In this document: piece after piece, positions 1 through 9,367 of the stretch
How the letters are laid out: each line of letters opens with the position of its first letter
Numbering within the stretch: position 1 is the first letter of the stretch
Origin: an uncultured Thermoplasmata archaeon
GTDB lineage: Archaea; Thermoplasmatota; Thermoplasmata; Halarchaeoplasmatales; Halarchaeoplasmataceae
NCBI GenBank assembly: GCA_964516805.1
Contig: CAZEXI010000002.1
Location: 3,321 to 67,320 of the forward strand
Direction: 5' to 3'
DNA length: 64,000 nt
Position numbers and translations under genes: made by a program
The notes under the pieces: generated by a model
The model's input: the letters and a program-made list of their open reading frames with translations, nothing else
Databases searched by the model: none
Told to the model about the DNA's origin: nothing

Positions 1-16
1 TTTAATGATAACCTTG

Positions 17-30
17 GAAAAATTATAAAT
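17..30 (+). promoter_or_regulatory. archaeal BRE/TATA-like element (aaaaattataaat) about 27 nt upstream of the tetR ATG; implies a leaderless transcript
   Basis: A-rich tract followed by TTATAAAT 27 nt upstream of the ATG at 57; no SD in between. Confidence 0.4.
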
Positions 31-31
31 A

Positions 32-49
32 ACTGACTAACTAGTCAGT
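32..49. promoter_or_regulatory. perfect inverted repeat ACTGACTA-ac-TAGTCAGT, candidate TetR operator between the TATA and the start codon
   Basis: 8-bp arms with a 2-nt spacer read directly; followed by an extra CAGT; sits immediately upstream of the TetR gene. Confidence 0.45.
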
Positions 50-56
50 CAGTAAG

Positions 57-662
57 ATGTCTTCCAAAGATGATATCCCACAAGATGTGAGACAAGATTT
101 CATGAAAGCCACTTTCCGTGCTCTTTGTAAGCACGGATATGCAGATATTACGATGAAAAAGATAGCAGACGAGTCTAAAAAATGTAAATCAACTCTACAT
201 TATCATTATGGGACAAAAGAAAATTTGATGGTCGATTTCATAAAATACTTACTCGAAGGTTTCGAAGAAAAGATAGTGCCAGATACGGATGATCCCTTAG
301 AAAAATTAAACGGACTTATCGATAATATGCTGTTCGGTTTGAAAGATGGTGAGATGCATGAAAGATTCCATACCGCTTTACTAGAACTAAGATCTCAAGC
401 ACCTTTTAACGAAAAATACAGAGAACAGATCACCAAGAACGATGAATTCATCCAAAAAATAGTCATCGACATAATAAAAGAAGGTATAGTTAAAGGAAAA
501 TTCAAAGATATCAACCCTGAACGAACCTCTACTATTATCCTTTCATCTATAGATGGAGCTAGGGCTAGACAGATCTCTACAAATCGAGAAGCTGCAGTGA
601 ACGTGAGAGAATCCTTGAGAAGGATCATCGAAAATGACATTTTAAAAGATGGTGAGGATTAA
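57..662 (+). CDS. TetR/AcrR family transcriptional regulator
   Basis: N-terminal HTH typical of the TetR family (FRALCKHGYADITMKKIADESKKCKSTLHYHYGTKENL); 3 nt upstream of the MATE gene. Confidence 0.8.
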   Translation: MSSKDDIPQDVRQDFMKATFRALCKHGYADITMKKIADESKKCKSTLHYHYGTKENLMVDFIKYLLEGFEEKIVPDTDDPLEKLNGLIDNMLFGLKDGEMHERFHTALLELRSQAPFNEKYREQITKNDEFIQKIVIDIIKEGIVKGKFKDINPERTSTIILSSIDGARARQISTNREAAVNVRESLRRIIENDILKDGED

Positions 663-665
663 AAA

Positions 666-2093
666 ATGAGAGGTAATGTTGAAGAAAGAAGAGAAAAGAT
701 CCTTAACGGGAAGATAGTACCTACTTTACTGAGTCTTGCATGGCCTGTTGTTATCGGAAGCATGCTGCAAACAGGATACAACCTAGCAGATACATTCTGG
801 CTTGGTAGAGTTAGTACCAATGCAGTTGCTGCACCTGGTCTATCGTTTCCACTTATAATGGTTCTCATGGCTCTTGGGATGGGGCTGGCCACTGCTGGAA
901 TTTCTTTAGTATCTCAACACACCGGTTCAGGAGGAGATAAAAAAGCTAACGAAGTAGCTGGTCAAGTTTTTGGATTACTCTTTATAATCAGTATTGCAGG
1001 TGGTCTGATAGGTTTCTTCTCATCAGGATGGCTGCTAAGAAATATTATAGGAGCCCCTTCAGATGTGTATCCTCTAGCACATGATTATATCAGAATTATA
1101 TTCGCTGGCTCTCCGATAATGTTCGCTTTCATTTCTTTTAGATTCATATTAAGGGGTACAGGAGATATGAAAACACCTATGTACATACGAGTGGTAGGTG
1201 TAGTACTTAATGTGATCTTAGACCCTCTTTTAATCTTAGGTATAGGTCCATTTCCGGAGTTAGGCGTTGCTGGTGCAGCTATAGCTACCGTTTCAACAAG
1301 AGGTGTCGCAGCCGCGATAGGTATGTACATGCTATTCAACGGTAAAGTAGATATCAAACTTTCATTACGAGACCTAAAATTAAGATTTAGATGGGTTAAG
1401 AAGATATTTGAGATCGGTCTACCGGCCTCCGCTGCTAGAGTAGGTAGTTCATTGGGTTTTGTAGGATTGGTAGCGATTATATCCTCCTTTGGAAAAGTTC
1501 CAGTTGCTTCCTATAATGTGGGACAAAGAGTAATACAGATGATCAATCTAGGTATTTGGGGATTCGCTAGTGCCTCCATGACAATGGTTGGACAAAATAT
1601 AGGTGCAAAACAGCAGTCTAGAGCAGAAAATATAGTCAAAAAAACATTGATGGTCTCCGGAGTAATCATGGCAATACTAGCTGTGTTCATATTCGCAGTC
1701 AGAGAACCTTTCGTAGCATTCTTCCTCGATAAAGGTGTTGATCAATACAAGGATGTAGTTAGAGAAGCTTCTACCTTCGTGGCTATCTTTGTGGCTTCGA
1801 TACCGTTCTTCGGATTCTTCAGAATATTTGATTCAACATACAGAGGTACAGGACATACCAAACCTGCTATGGTGCTATCTTTAACCAGAATATGGGTGTT
1901 GAGATTGGGACTTTCATATTTCCTAGCATTTCCAGCCTTTGGACTTGGCCTTGATCTCAATATCACTGGCGTTTGGATAGGTATGGCTATGAGCAATATA
2001 ATAATAACAATAATATCCTACCTGTATTTCAGAACAGGAAAATGGAAAGAACGGACTATCGAGGAAAGTGAGACTGCAAAACCCACACCTTAG
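666..2093 (+). CDS. MATE family multidrug/oligosaccharidyl-lipid efflux transporter
   Basis: 475 aa, 12 predicted TM segments, MATE-like N-terminus (LSLAWPVVIGSMLQTGYNLADTFWLGRV). Confidence 0.8.
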   Translation: MRGNVEERREKILNGKIVPTLLSLAWPVVIGSMLQTGYNLADTFWLGRVSTNAVAAPGLSFPLIMVLMALGMGLATAGISLVSQHTGSGGDKKANEVAGQVFGLLFIISIAGGLIGFFSSGWLLRNIIGAPSDVYPLAHDYIRIIFAGSPIMFAFISFRFILRGTGDMKTPMYIRVVGVVLNVILDPLLILGIGPFPELGVAGAAIATVSTRGVAAAIGMYMLFNGKVDIKLSLRDLKLRFRWVKKIFEIGLPASAARVGSSLGFVGLVAIISSFGKVPVASYNVGQRVIQMINLGIWGFASASMTMVGQNIGAKQQSRAENIVKKTLMVSGVIMAILAVFIFAVREPFVAFFLDKGVDQYKDVVREASTFVAIFVASIPFFGFFRIFDSTYRGTGHTKPAMVLSLTRIWVLRLGLSYFLAFPAFGLGLDLNITGVWIGMAMSNIIITIISYLYFRTGKWKERTIEESETAKPTP

Positions 2094-2184
2094 TTCGAAA
2101 ATCTTTCAATTGTTCGAAAGGTTTCAAATAAACCCTTTATAAACAATTCTCTTTTTTTATTACAAAGAAATAGGAGGAATAAAA

Positions 2185-3354
2185 ATGGATAATAAAATGA
2201 TAAAGGTGCTCTCTATCGTTGCCGTAACCTTTCTACTCATTGTTTCCCTAGCATCAGTATCTTTAGCACAGCAGGGAAACGCTGATCAGCAGGGTAAAGG
2301 TAAAGGTCAACAGGAGAGAGCCCAGAATATGGCAAAGGCAGCAGAAAAAAACTGGTTCGGACAATTTACATTGAAGAATGGAACAGTAGAAGGTAGATTC
2401 GTTAAATTCGACTATGACAACGGAACAGGTACGATATCAAATTATCAGATATATGCTGGTGAATCCTACATAACTGTATTCGATCAAGTAACTCTAGAGG
2501 ATTTTGAACATACTGAAACCTCTATCAATGGTGCAGTGTTCATGATGAATGGAACTCATGTAAAGATCATGATACATAACAATCCAAGAGCGATCATGCA
2601 GGTTGTTAATCCCTACGATGATACATCGATTGGTGTTAACTATACAGTAAATGAAAATGTAGAAATTTCTGAAGAAAATCGCTCTATAGCTATAAAATAC
2701 AAATTAACAGCAGAAGGACTCAATGGAGTGATCAATACACCGTTGAACACAACATTAGAAGAAAATGTGATAACTGTTGACGGAGAAAGTTGGGATGAAA
2801 CTTCACACTCGATGTTCATGAGTAAACCAGTGTATACAGGGATACCTCAAAAGCATCAAAATCAAGTACAAAATGCAGTGATGAACAAAACGATCGGTGC
2901 TGAGATGGAAGTCGTTGGTAAAGGTGAAGGTCATGTTTCACATGAAGTAAAATACAGACAGAACCTACAGATGCAGTTACAGAAGATGGAAGAAAAGAAG
3001 CTTAGGGTCAGAGTTCAAAGTGAAGATCCAAATGGTACTTGCGTGATGTTAAGAGTTGAAAAACAATCTCTAAATCTTGATAAGAACCAGGTAAAGTTAA
3101 AGCTAGATGGAGAAAAGGTAAAAGAAACATCATTAGAAAAAGTTCTTCAAGGTGGAGATCAAGCTAGATACAGCGTACAGGAACAAGAGAATGGGATGTT
3201 GGAGATAGCTGTTAACGTTCCTCACTTCTCAGAGCATGAGATTACCGTTGAAGGTGAATCATCAACGCCTGGCTATACCCTTCCGTTATTGATGGCAGCA
3301 GTAATTGGTGTAGCAGGATTATGGACAATCAAAAGGAGAAAACAAGGTAACTAA
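2185..3354 (+). CDS. secreted cell-surface glycoprotein with signal peptide, many NxT/S sequons, and a C-terminal PGY-TM-RRK anchor (PGF-CTERM-like)
   Basis: AGGAGGA SD 7 nt upstream; hydrophobic N-terminal signal; C-terminus STPGYTLPLLMAAVIGVAGLWTIKRRKQGN. Confidence 0.6.
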   Translation: MDNKMIKVLSIVAVTFLLIVSLASVSLAQQGNADQQGKGKGQQERAQNMAKAAEKNWFGQFTLKNGTVEGRFVKFDYDNGTGTISNYQIYAGESYITVFDQVTLEDFEHTETSINGAVFMMNGTHVKIMIHNNPRAIMQVVNPYDDTSIGVNYTVNENVEISEENRSIAIKYKLTAEGLNGVINTPLNTTLEENVITVDGESWDETSHSMFMSKPVYTGIPQKHQNQVQNAVMNKTIGAEMEVVGKGEGHVSHEVKYRQNLQMQLQKMEEKKLRVRVQSEDPNGTCVMLRVEKQSLNLDKNQVKLKLDGEKVKETSLEKVLQGGDQARYSVQEQENGMLEIAVNVPHFSEHEITVEGESSTPGYTLPLLMAAVIGVAGLWTIKRRKQGN

Positions 3355-3387
3355 AAACACTTTAAATTTATTTATCATTTATACAAT

Positions 3388-4485
3388 ATGGAAGTGAAAA
3401 ATATGAAGATATACTCAAAAATATTGGTCTTCTGTGTTATAGCCCTATTATTAATCACATTTAGTTTAAACTTTGTTTCTGCGACTCAAACCCAATCTGA
3501 TTATCAATCTAATCAACCTGGACAAGGTCAAGGAGGACATGGAAAAGGCGGTCCTCCCGAAGGTGTAGACAAAAACAGACGTCAATATGAGAAAAGAAAT
3601 GTAGAGATTGGACAGTATCAAAAGCAGGCTAAGATCTCTTCATCATGGCAGGGAGATAGATCAGAAGATTCACTGGAAATGAATTTTAATTTCGAAGGAG
3701 AGTATCCAAAAATCTCTATAGATTATCAAGCTGAAAAGAAAAATCATCAGGTCAAGTTATCATTTAACCTTGTATTCAAAGAAGTTTTTGAGTTCATCGA
3801 TAACAATCAAAACGGCAGATATGATGGAGCTGATGAGATCGTAAAAACCCAGGACCTTAGTCAGATTCAATTCAATAATTTAAACTTCGATGATGAAAAC
3901 AATGGGTACAGGTTTAGTATCAACTCTGACGATTCTTCCATTGGATTCGATGTCCAGGGGAAAGGAGAATTCATGAAGTATGGTGATCAGATTTTGAGTC
4001 CCTCAGAGGCAAAGATCGATCTCCAATTTAACCACGATTTCGAAAGAGATGATTCCATGCTGGCCGTTAAGATAATGATAGAAAGTCAGCATCAAAATTC
4101 TCTTCAGAAAAGAACATACGATGAAGAAAAGGGATATGCAACTAACGAAAGTGGTATAAAATTGTCAGAAAATAATTATTCAGGATTTTTTACCTGGAAA
4201 AATCGTGCCAATATAGATGGAAAAAATAAACCAGTAAATGCTACTTTTATCTCTGAGAGTTCTGTAGGTTCTGATGACGGTGATAATTTATTATACCTAT
4301 GTTATCCACAAGGTTCTGAGATAGTACATGATCCCAAAGTCGGTGTCGTTGGTGAATCCGCCTTATCTTACTCTCAGGTTGAAGAAGAACCGATAATGTT
4401 CTTCCTGATAGTACTCAGCGCAACGATAGGAATATCTGCAGTAATATTCTATGGTGGAATATATTACAGAAGGAAAAATGATTAG
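3388..4485 (+). CDS. secreted surface protein (paralog-like of the previous gene) with Q/G-rich segment and C-terminal TM anchor; start may be 3403
   Basis: signal peptide MKIYSKILVFCVIALLLITFSLNFVSA; C-terminal TM plus RRKND tail. Confidence 0.55.
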   Translation: MEVKNMKIYSKILVFCVIALLLITFSLNFVSATQTQSDYQSNQPGQGQGGHGKGGPPEGVDKNRRQYEKRNVEIGQYQKQAKISSSWQGDRSEDSLEMNFNFEGEYPKISIDYQAEKKNHQVKLSFNLVFKEVFEFIDNNQNGRYDGADEIVKTQDLSQIQFNNLNFDDENNGYRFSINSDDSSIGFDVQGKGEFMKYGDQILSPSEAKIDLQFNHDFERDDSMLAVKIMIESQHQNSLQKRTYDEEKGYATNESGIKLSENNYSGFFTWKNRANIDGKNKPVNATFISESSVGSDDGDNLLYLCYPQGSEIVHDPKVGVVGESALSYSQVEEEPIMFFLIVLSATIGISAVIFYGGIYYRRKND

Positions 4486-4537
4486 GAGAAAACAATAATA
4501 TAAATATCTATACATACATTAGTAAATCGATGATAGA

Positions 4538-4801
4538 ATGATATGGACTTTGATTATAAGCGGCATAATAATTGTATTCGCTTTTGGATTATTCATTATA
4601 TCGATATTCTCATACAGGAAGTTCAGAAATAAAAAATTACTATTTGTCAGCATCGTATTCACTTTACTTTTTATCAAAGGTTTGATATCAGCGCTTTCGG
4701 TATTCATTGATATCATACCACAAAGTGATATGTTACCGTATTCTGGATTGATCGATATATGTATTTTAGCTATGCTATACCTTGCAACATTAAAGAGATA
4801 G
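4538..4801 (+). CDS. small membrane protein (3 TM), hypothetical
   Basis: hydrophobic 87-aa ORF in a gap. Confidence 0.35.
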   Translation: MIWTLIISGIIIVFAFGLFIISIFSYRKFRNKKLLFVSIVFTLLFIKGLISALSVFIDIIPQSDMLPYSGLIDICILAMLYLATLKR

Positions 4802-4805
4802 TAAC

Positions 4806-5324
4806 ATGAAAGATCTGCTGGAGTTAGATAGTAGAAGGGAGATATATGAGTTGGTAGAGGACCAACCTGGAGTTCATCTCAGTAAGATCGCAGATATGCT
4901 AGAGATGAACGTATCTCTAGCGGAATATCACCTTAGATTTTTGGAGAAAAATGATCTAGTCAAATCGGTTAAGAAAAAAGGATACAAAAGATACTTTCCG
5001 ACCAAAGAGATGGTGGAGTCTAAAGATAAAGAGATTCTTTTCGAACTTAGAAAAGAAGTTCCACTTACTATAGTTTTTTTACTGATAGAAAATGGAAAGA
5101 TGACTCATAAGGACATACTAAAAGAGATGGATATGGCAAAATCAACGTTATCTTATCATCTTAAAAAATTAGAAGATATGGACATACTAGATTCGAAGAA
5201 ATATGGGAAAAATAAAGGGTATTCTTTGAAAGATAGAAAAGGATTGGTGCAACTACTTGTCAAGTACAAACCACATGACGTATTGGATGGATTTGCAGAT
5301 ATATGGAAGGATCTAAGTATCTGA
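4806..5324 (+). CDS. transcriptional regulator with tandem winged-helix (ArsR/TrmB-like) domains
   Basis: two HTH-like segments (EIYELVEDQPGVHLSKIADMLEMNVSLAEYHLRFLEKNDLV; HKDILKEMDMAKSTLSYHLKKLEDMDIL). Confidence 0.6.
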   Translation: MKDLLELDSRREIYELVEDQPGVHLSKIADMLEMNVSLAEYHLRFLEKNDLVKSVKKKGYKRYFPTKEMVESKDKEILFELRKEVPLTIVFLLIENGKMTHKDILKEMDMAKSTLSYHLKKLEDMDILDSKKYGKNKGYSLKDRKGLVQLLVKYKPHDVLDGFADIWKDLSI

Positions 5325-6224
5325 TTTTATACCCAACAGCTCTCCTACTTCTTTCAATTTTTCTTCCTCAACATCAAACATCCAGTCTTCTTCTAAAATA
5401 TCTCTTAAGATAGGTAGAAGCTTTTCTACGTCCTCGAATTTAGATATCATCCTTTTATAGATATCTGGTGTGACATCATACATGTATATCAGGTCATCTA
5501 GACCATAGTTCATCTTCTCTATATCTGTCGGAGTAGCCATACACTTCTGAGGCATGAACGGACAGGTGATAGTATCTCTTTGTATAGAAAATTCAAAGAA
5601 TTTCTGACACATCGGGCAGTAATATTTACCCATAGGCATGTCTCCAAGTATATCCACAGAATCAAATAATATGTCTTTTTTAAATCCCAATTCGTCTTTC
5701 AGTTTCGGAACTGCTATTCTCAGTAATTCAAAGAGCTTATCTTTATCCCATACTTTCTCTACATCAGTAATTACAAAAGTTACTTCGTTTTCACCAACTC
5801 TCTGTGCTGTCTCACATCCACTGACCGTTATAATAAAACTTTTCAAAGTTTGAAGTGGTTGTTCTTCAAATTGTATATTCCAATCGGTTAGAAAATTCAT
5901 GTAAACATCAACTAATATCTCTGCTTCATCTTTATCGATTATTTGTGCCAATAATTTTTGTGGTATATTGGGGTAAAATAAACCAAATCTTTCCAATCCT
6001 TCTGTAGATTCTGGAGAAAAGTTCTCGACAGCAATAGGTGTATTGATACAAACTTTTGGCATGTATGGACATGTTGGTTCATCAAGTTCGAATAACTTTT
6101 TACATGTGACACACCAGTATCTACCAGATTCAGACCTCCTTCCCTTTGGTAATGATTCCACTTTATCTATTACTTTTTGTTTATTTTTAAACATATCCTG
6201 ATATATTGATTTTAAAGTATACAT
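5313..6224 (-). CDS. hypothetical protein with duplicated CxxC-x(10-13)-CP[YF]MP[KQ]xC zinc-ribbon-like motif
   Basis: WCVTCKKLFELDEPTCPYMPKVC and YCPMCQKFFEFSIQRDTITCPFMPQKC internal repeats. Confidence 0.5.
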   Translation of the reverse strand: MYTLKSIYQDMFKNKQKVIDKVESLPKGRRSESGRYWCVTCKKLFELDEPTCPYMPKVCINTPIAVENFSPESTEGLERFGLFYPNIPQKLLAQIIDKDEAEILVDVYMNFLTDWNIQFEEQPLQTLKSFIITVSGCETAQRVGENEVTFVITDVEKVWDKDKLFELLRIAVPKLKDELGFKKDILFDSVDILGDMPMGKYYCPMCQKFFEFSIQRDTITCPFMPQKCMATPTDIEKMNYGLDDLIYMYDVTPDIYKRMISKFEDVEKLLPILRDILEEDWMFDVEEEKLKEVGELLGIKSDT

Positions 6225-6285
6225 CTTTTTCGATTAGACTCTCTCATTAAATTTTAATACCTAATAAAAGATTCCCTAAATAGAT

Positions 6286-8949
6286 ATGAGCGTTGATTGG
6301 TATTCATTATCCATAGATAGAGTCTTCAAGAATCTCAAATCTTCTGAAAAGGGTTTAACACAAGAAGAAGTTAAAAAAAGGCAGGAAAAATATGGGAAAA
6401 ACGAGATCGAAGAAGGAGAGAAGATATCTCCGATAAGGATATTTTTGGATCAATTTCAAGATTTTCTTATATGGATACTGATCATCGCTGCGATAATCTC
6501 TTTTGCTGTAGGTCATCGTATAGATTCCTACCTGATTTTAACAATAGTTTTTGCTAATGGGATATTTGGATTCTTCCAAGATTGGAAAGCTGAACAATCG
6601 ATAGAGGCTTTACGGGACCTGGCATCTCCAGAAGCTATAGTTCTTAGGGATGGTAAAAAAAAGAAAGTTGATTCTTCAGAAATAGTTCCTGGTGACATCG
6701 TATTTCTTTCACAGGGTGGTTCTGTACCTGCTGATGCAAGGATAATAGAACAGCAGAACATGGAAGTGGATGAATCTGCCCTTACTGGTGAAAGCGTTGC
6801 TGTTAATAAAAAAGATCATGTTTTGGAAGGAAAGATCGACCTGGCTGAAAGAGAGAACATGGTTTACAAAGACACAAACGTTGTTAAAGGTAAAGGTAAG
6901 GCTGTCGTAGTTCAGACCGGTATGGATACAGAGATAGGAAAGATCGCTACCGAGTTACAGCAGGTCGAAGAGGATGAAACCGTTTTCCAAAGAGAAGTGA
7001 ACAATCTCGGTAAACGTATTGGTATTATCATATTACTTATCTGCGCAGCACTCATTCCGATACTTTACTTTAGGGGTGAACCAATACTAACCTCATTCAT
7101 TACAGCCATAGCCTTGGCTGTCGCTGCAGTCCCAGAAGGTTTGCCAGCAGTTGTGACCCTGACTTTAGCTCTTGGTACCAGAAAGATGTTGAATAAAAAA
7201 GCTCTAGTAAGGCGATTACCAGTTATAGAGTCATTGGGTTCAGTAGATGTAATATGTACAGATAAAACGGGTACACTTACAGAAAGCAGGATGGTTGTCA
7301 AAAAGATATTTTTCAACGGTAATGAAATAGACGTATCAGGCGGTTTTTCTACAGAAGGTGAGTTTACCTCTGATGGTGAACCTGTAGATCCTGAGGAGCT
7401 AAGACAGATCCTTCAAACAGGAGCCTTATGCAATGATTCAGAAGTCCAAGATGATGAAATCATCGGTGATCCTACTGAAGCTGCCTTGATACAGTCTGCT
7501 CAAAAGGCTGGATTCGAAAGAGATGAACTAGAGAAAAAATATCGCAGGATTGACGAGATACCATTTTCCTCAGACAGAAAGATGATGACAACTATACACG
7601 ATGGACCTGGTGATAACGATAGAGCATTTGTTAAAGGAGCTCCAGAGGTTATATTGGATAAATGTACGAGATATTACGACGATGGCGAGTTGAAAGAACT
7701 TACCGAAGAGAAGAAAAAAGAATTTATCGAGAAAAACGAGGAATTTGCTAATAACGCTCTTAGAGTTCTCGCCATGGCTTACAGGCAGGTTGAACTAGGT
7801 GAGGTCGAGGATGAGGATAAAAAGGAGATAATAGAAGCGGATAAAGGAGAACTAGAACAGGATCTGATCTTCCTAGGACTTCAAGGTATGATCGATCCAC
7901 CTAGAGAAGAAGTAAAAGAAGCAATAGAGACCTGTAGGGATGCCGGAATAAGGACAGTGATGATCACTGGAGACAATGCAATGACAGCTAGAGCTATTGG
8001 TAGAGAACTAGGATTCAAAGGTAAAGTGATGACTGGTAGCGAATTGGACGATATCTCTGAAGATGAACTAAAAAAAGTCGTTGAAGAAGTAGATATTTTT
8101 GCAAGAGTCTCGCCATCTCACAAAGTCAATATTTTAAGAGCTTTAAAATCACAGGACCATATAGTTGCTATGACTGGTGACGGTGTTAACGATGCACCTG
8201 CTCTTAAAGAATCAGACGTTGGAACAGCAATGGGGAAAAGAGGAACCGACGTTTCTCAGCAGGCTTCTGATATGGTCCTTTTGGATGATAACTTCAAAAC
8301 AATAAAGGATGCGATAGAGGAAGGAAGAGGTATATTTGATAATCTTCGTAAGTTTGTCAATCTACTTTTATCAGGTAATCTAGGTGAAGTTTTGATAGTA
8401 CTTATAGCCACTTTGATCGGGTTAGGTTTGCCTTTAACAGCTGTTATGCTTCTATGGGTAAACTTACTCACCGATGGACTTCCTGCACTTGCAATGGGTG
8501 TAGATAGGGGATCTGACGAGATAATGAAGAGAAAACCAAGAGGTAAGAATGAGGACATCATCGATAAGACACTAGGATTTTCAATAGCATGGATAGGATT
8601 CTGGGTTACACTGATCTGTCTATCCTTGTTCAGATTTGGATTGAGCGATGGAGTAGATAAAGCTAGAACTTTAGCGTTCACTTCACTGGTTGTTTTAGAG
8701 TTGATCGAAGTCATACCAATAAGATCAAGATATGGTACGCCTTTATTCTCAAATAAGTGGCTAGGAATGGCAATAGCAACATCATTAATAATGCAAATGG
8801 CTGTACTGTACACTCCACTTAACAGTTACTTCAAGGTTGTACCACTCGGTATAAACTCATGGATGATGATCTCTATTGGTATAGGTATATTCATCTTTGC
8901 AATGCTGGCGATGAGAATAATAGAAGATAAATTCATCCGAAAAGGATGA
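6286..8949 (+). CDS. P-type ATPase, P2 (Ca2+/cation-transporting, SERCA/PMCA-like)
   Basis: DKTGTLT phosphorylation site, PEGLPAV TM4 motif, TGDN, GDGVNDAPAL hinge; 887 aa. Confidence 0.9.
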   Translation: MSVDWYSLSIDRVFKNLKSSEKGLTQEEVKKRQEKYGKNEIEEGEKISPIRIFLDQFQDFLIWILIIAAIISFAVGHRIDSYLILTIVFANGIFGFFQDWKAEQSIEALRDLASPEAIVLRDGKKKKVDSSEIVPGDIVFLSQGGSVPADARIIEQQNMEVDESALTGESVAVNKKDHVLEGKIDLAERENMVYKDTNVVKGKGKAVVVQTGMDTEIGKIATELQQVEEDETVFQREVNNLGKRIGIIILLICAALIPILYFRGEPILTSFITAIALAVAAVPEGLPAVVTLTLALGTRKMLNKKALVRRLPVIESLGSVDVICTDKTGTLTESRMVVKKIFFNGNEIDVSGGFSTEGEFTSDGEPVDPEELRQILQTGALCNDSEVQDDEIIGDPTEAALIQSAQKAGFERDELEKKYRRIDEIPFSSDRKMMTTIHDGPGDNDRAFVKGAPEVILDKCTRYYDDGELKELTEEKKKEFIEKNEEFANNALRVLAMAYRQVELGEVEDEDKKEIIEADKGELEQDLIFLGLQGMIDPPREEVKEAIETCRDAGIRTVMITGDNAMTARAIGRELGFKGKVMTGSELDDISEDELKKVVEEVDIFARVSPSHKVNILRALKSQDHIVAMTGDGVNDAPALKESDVGTAMGKRGTDVSQQASDMVLLDDNFKTIKDAIEEGRGIFDNLRKFVNLLLSGNLGEVLIVLIATLIGLGLPLTAVMLLWVNLLTDGLPALAMGVDRGSDEIMKRKPRGKNEDIIDKTLGFSIAWIGFWVTLICLSLFRFGLSDGVDKARTLAFTSLVVLELIEVIPIRSRYGTPLFSNKWLGMAIATSLIMQMAVLYTPLNSYFKVVPLGINSWMMISIGIGIFIFAMLAMRIIEDKFIRKG

Positions 8950-9051
8950 CAACAATAAATACATCAAGGGGAGCTATATCCATGGAAAGTTATATATAGC
9001 TGCAGCACGACAGTATGACAATGTACAATGATAAAAGGAGGTGAACTAGAA

Positions 9052-9246
9052 ATGAAAGGAAAAGTTAAATTCTTTAATAGAATGAAAAACTTCGGATTTA
9101 TCGAACCAGAAGATCGTGGAGAAGACCTATTCGTACACCGCAGTGATATCGAAGGCGATGTCCTACAAGAAGGTGATGAAGTAGAATTCAAGAAAGAACA
9201 AGGCGAGAGAGGTCCTCGTGCAGTACAAGTTAAAAAGCTAAATTAA
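9052..9246 (+). CDS. csp: cold-shock protein (CspA-family cold-shock domain)
   Basis: MKGKVKFFNRMKNFGFIEPEDRGEDLFVHRSDIEG: RNP1/RNP2-like motifs; AAGGAGGTGA SD 7 nt upstream of this ATG, so the 9028 ATG is less likely. Confidence 0.8.
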   Translation: MKGKVKFFNRMKNFGFIEPEDRGEDLFVHRSDIEGDVLQEGDEVEFKKEQGERGPRAVQVKKLN

Positions 9247-9287
9247 GTATCTGTGTAGTTAGTAACTATTATCGTACTTATCTCGAA

Positions 9288-9307
9288 CCCTTTTAAAAAT
9301 TTTTCTT
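9288..9307 (+). terminator. T-rich tract (cccttttaaaaatttttctt) downstream of csp
   Basis: oligo-T runs of the type used as archaeal terminators. Confidence 0.3.
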
Positions 9308-9367
9308 AAATTAACTTTCTTATTAAAAATATATATATCAATACCACCTTTTCTGCTCTAGATTTCC

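Noticed and set aside
8256-8813. 185-aa minus-strand ORF inside the P-type ATPase gene, and similar antisense ORFs (395-640, 1085-1357, 6528-6761, 7065-7316, 24638-25027, 28268-28747, 44545-44802, 46513-46887, 50391-50911, 51655-51948)
   Set aside because: All lie fully inside well-supported genes on the opposite strand. They have low-complexity Ser/Leu/Ile-rich translations typical of shadow ORFs in AT-rich DNA and no motifs
9028-9051. Upstream ATG (MIKGGELE) as the csp start
   Set aside because: The AAGGAGGTGA SD sits inside this extension, 7 nt before the ATG at 9052, and cold-shock domains begin at MKGKVKFF
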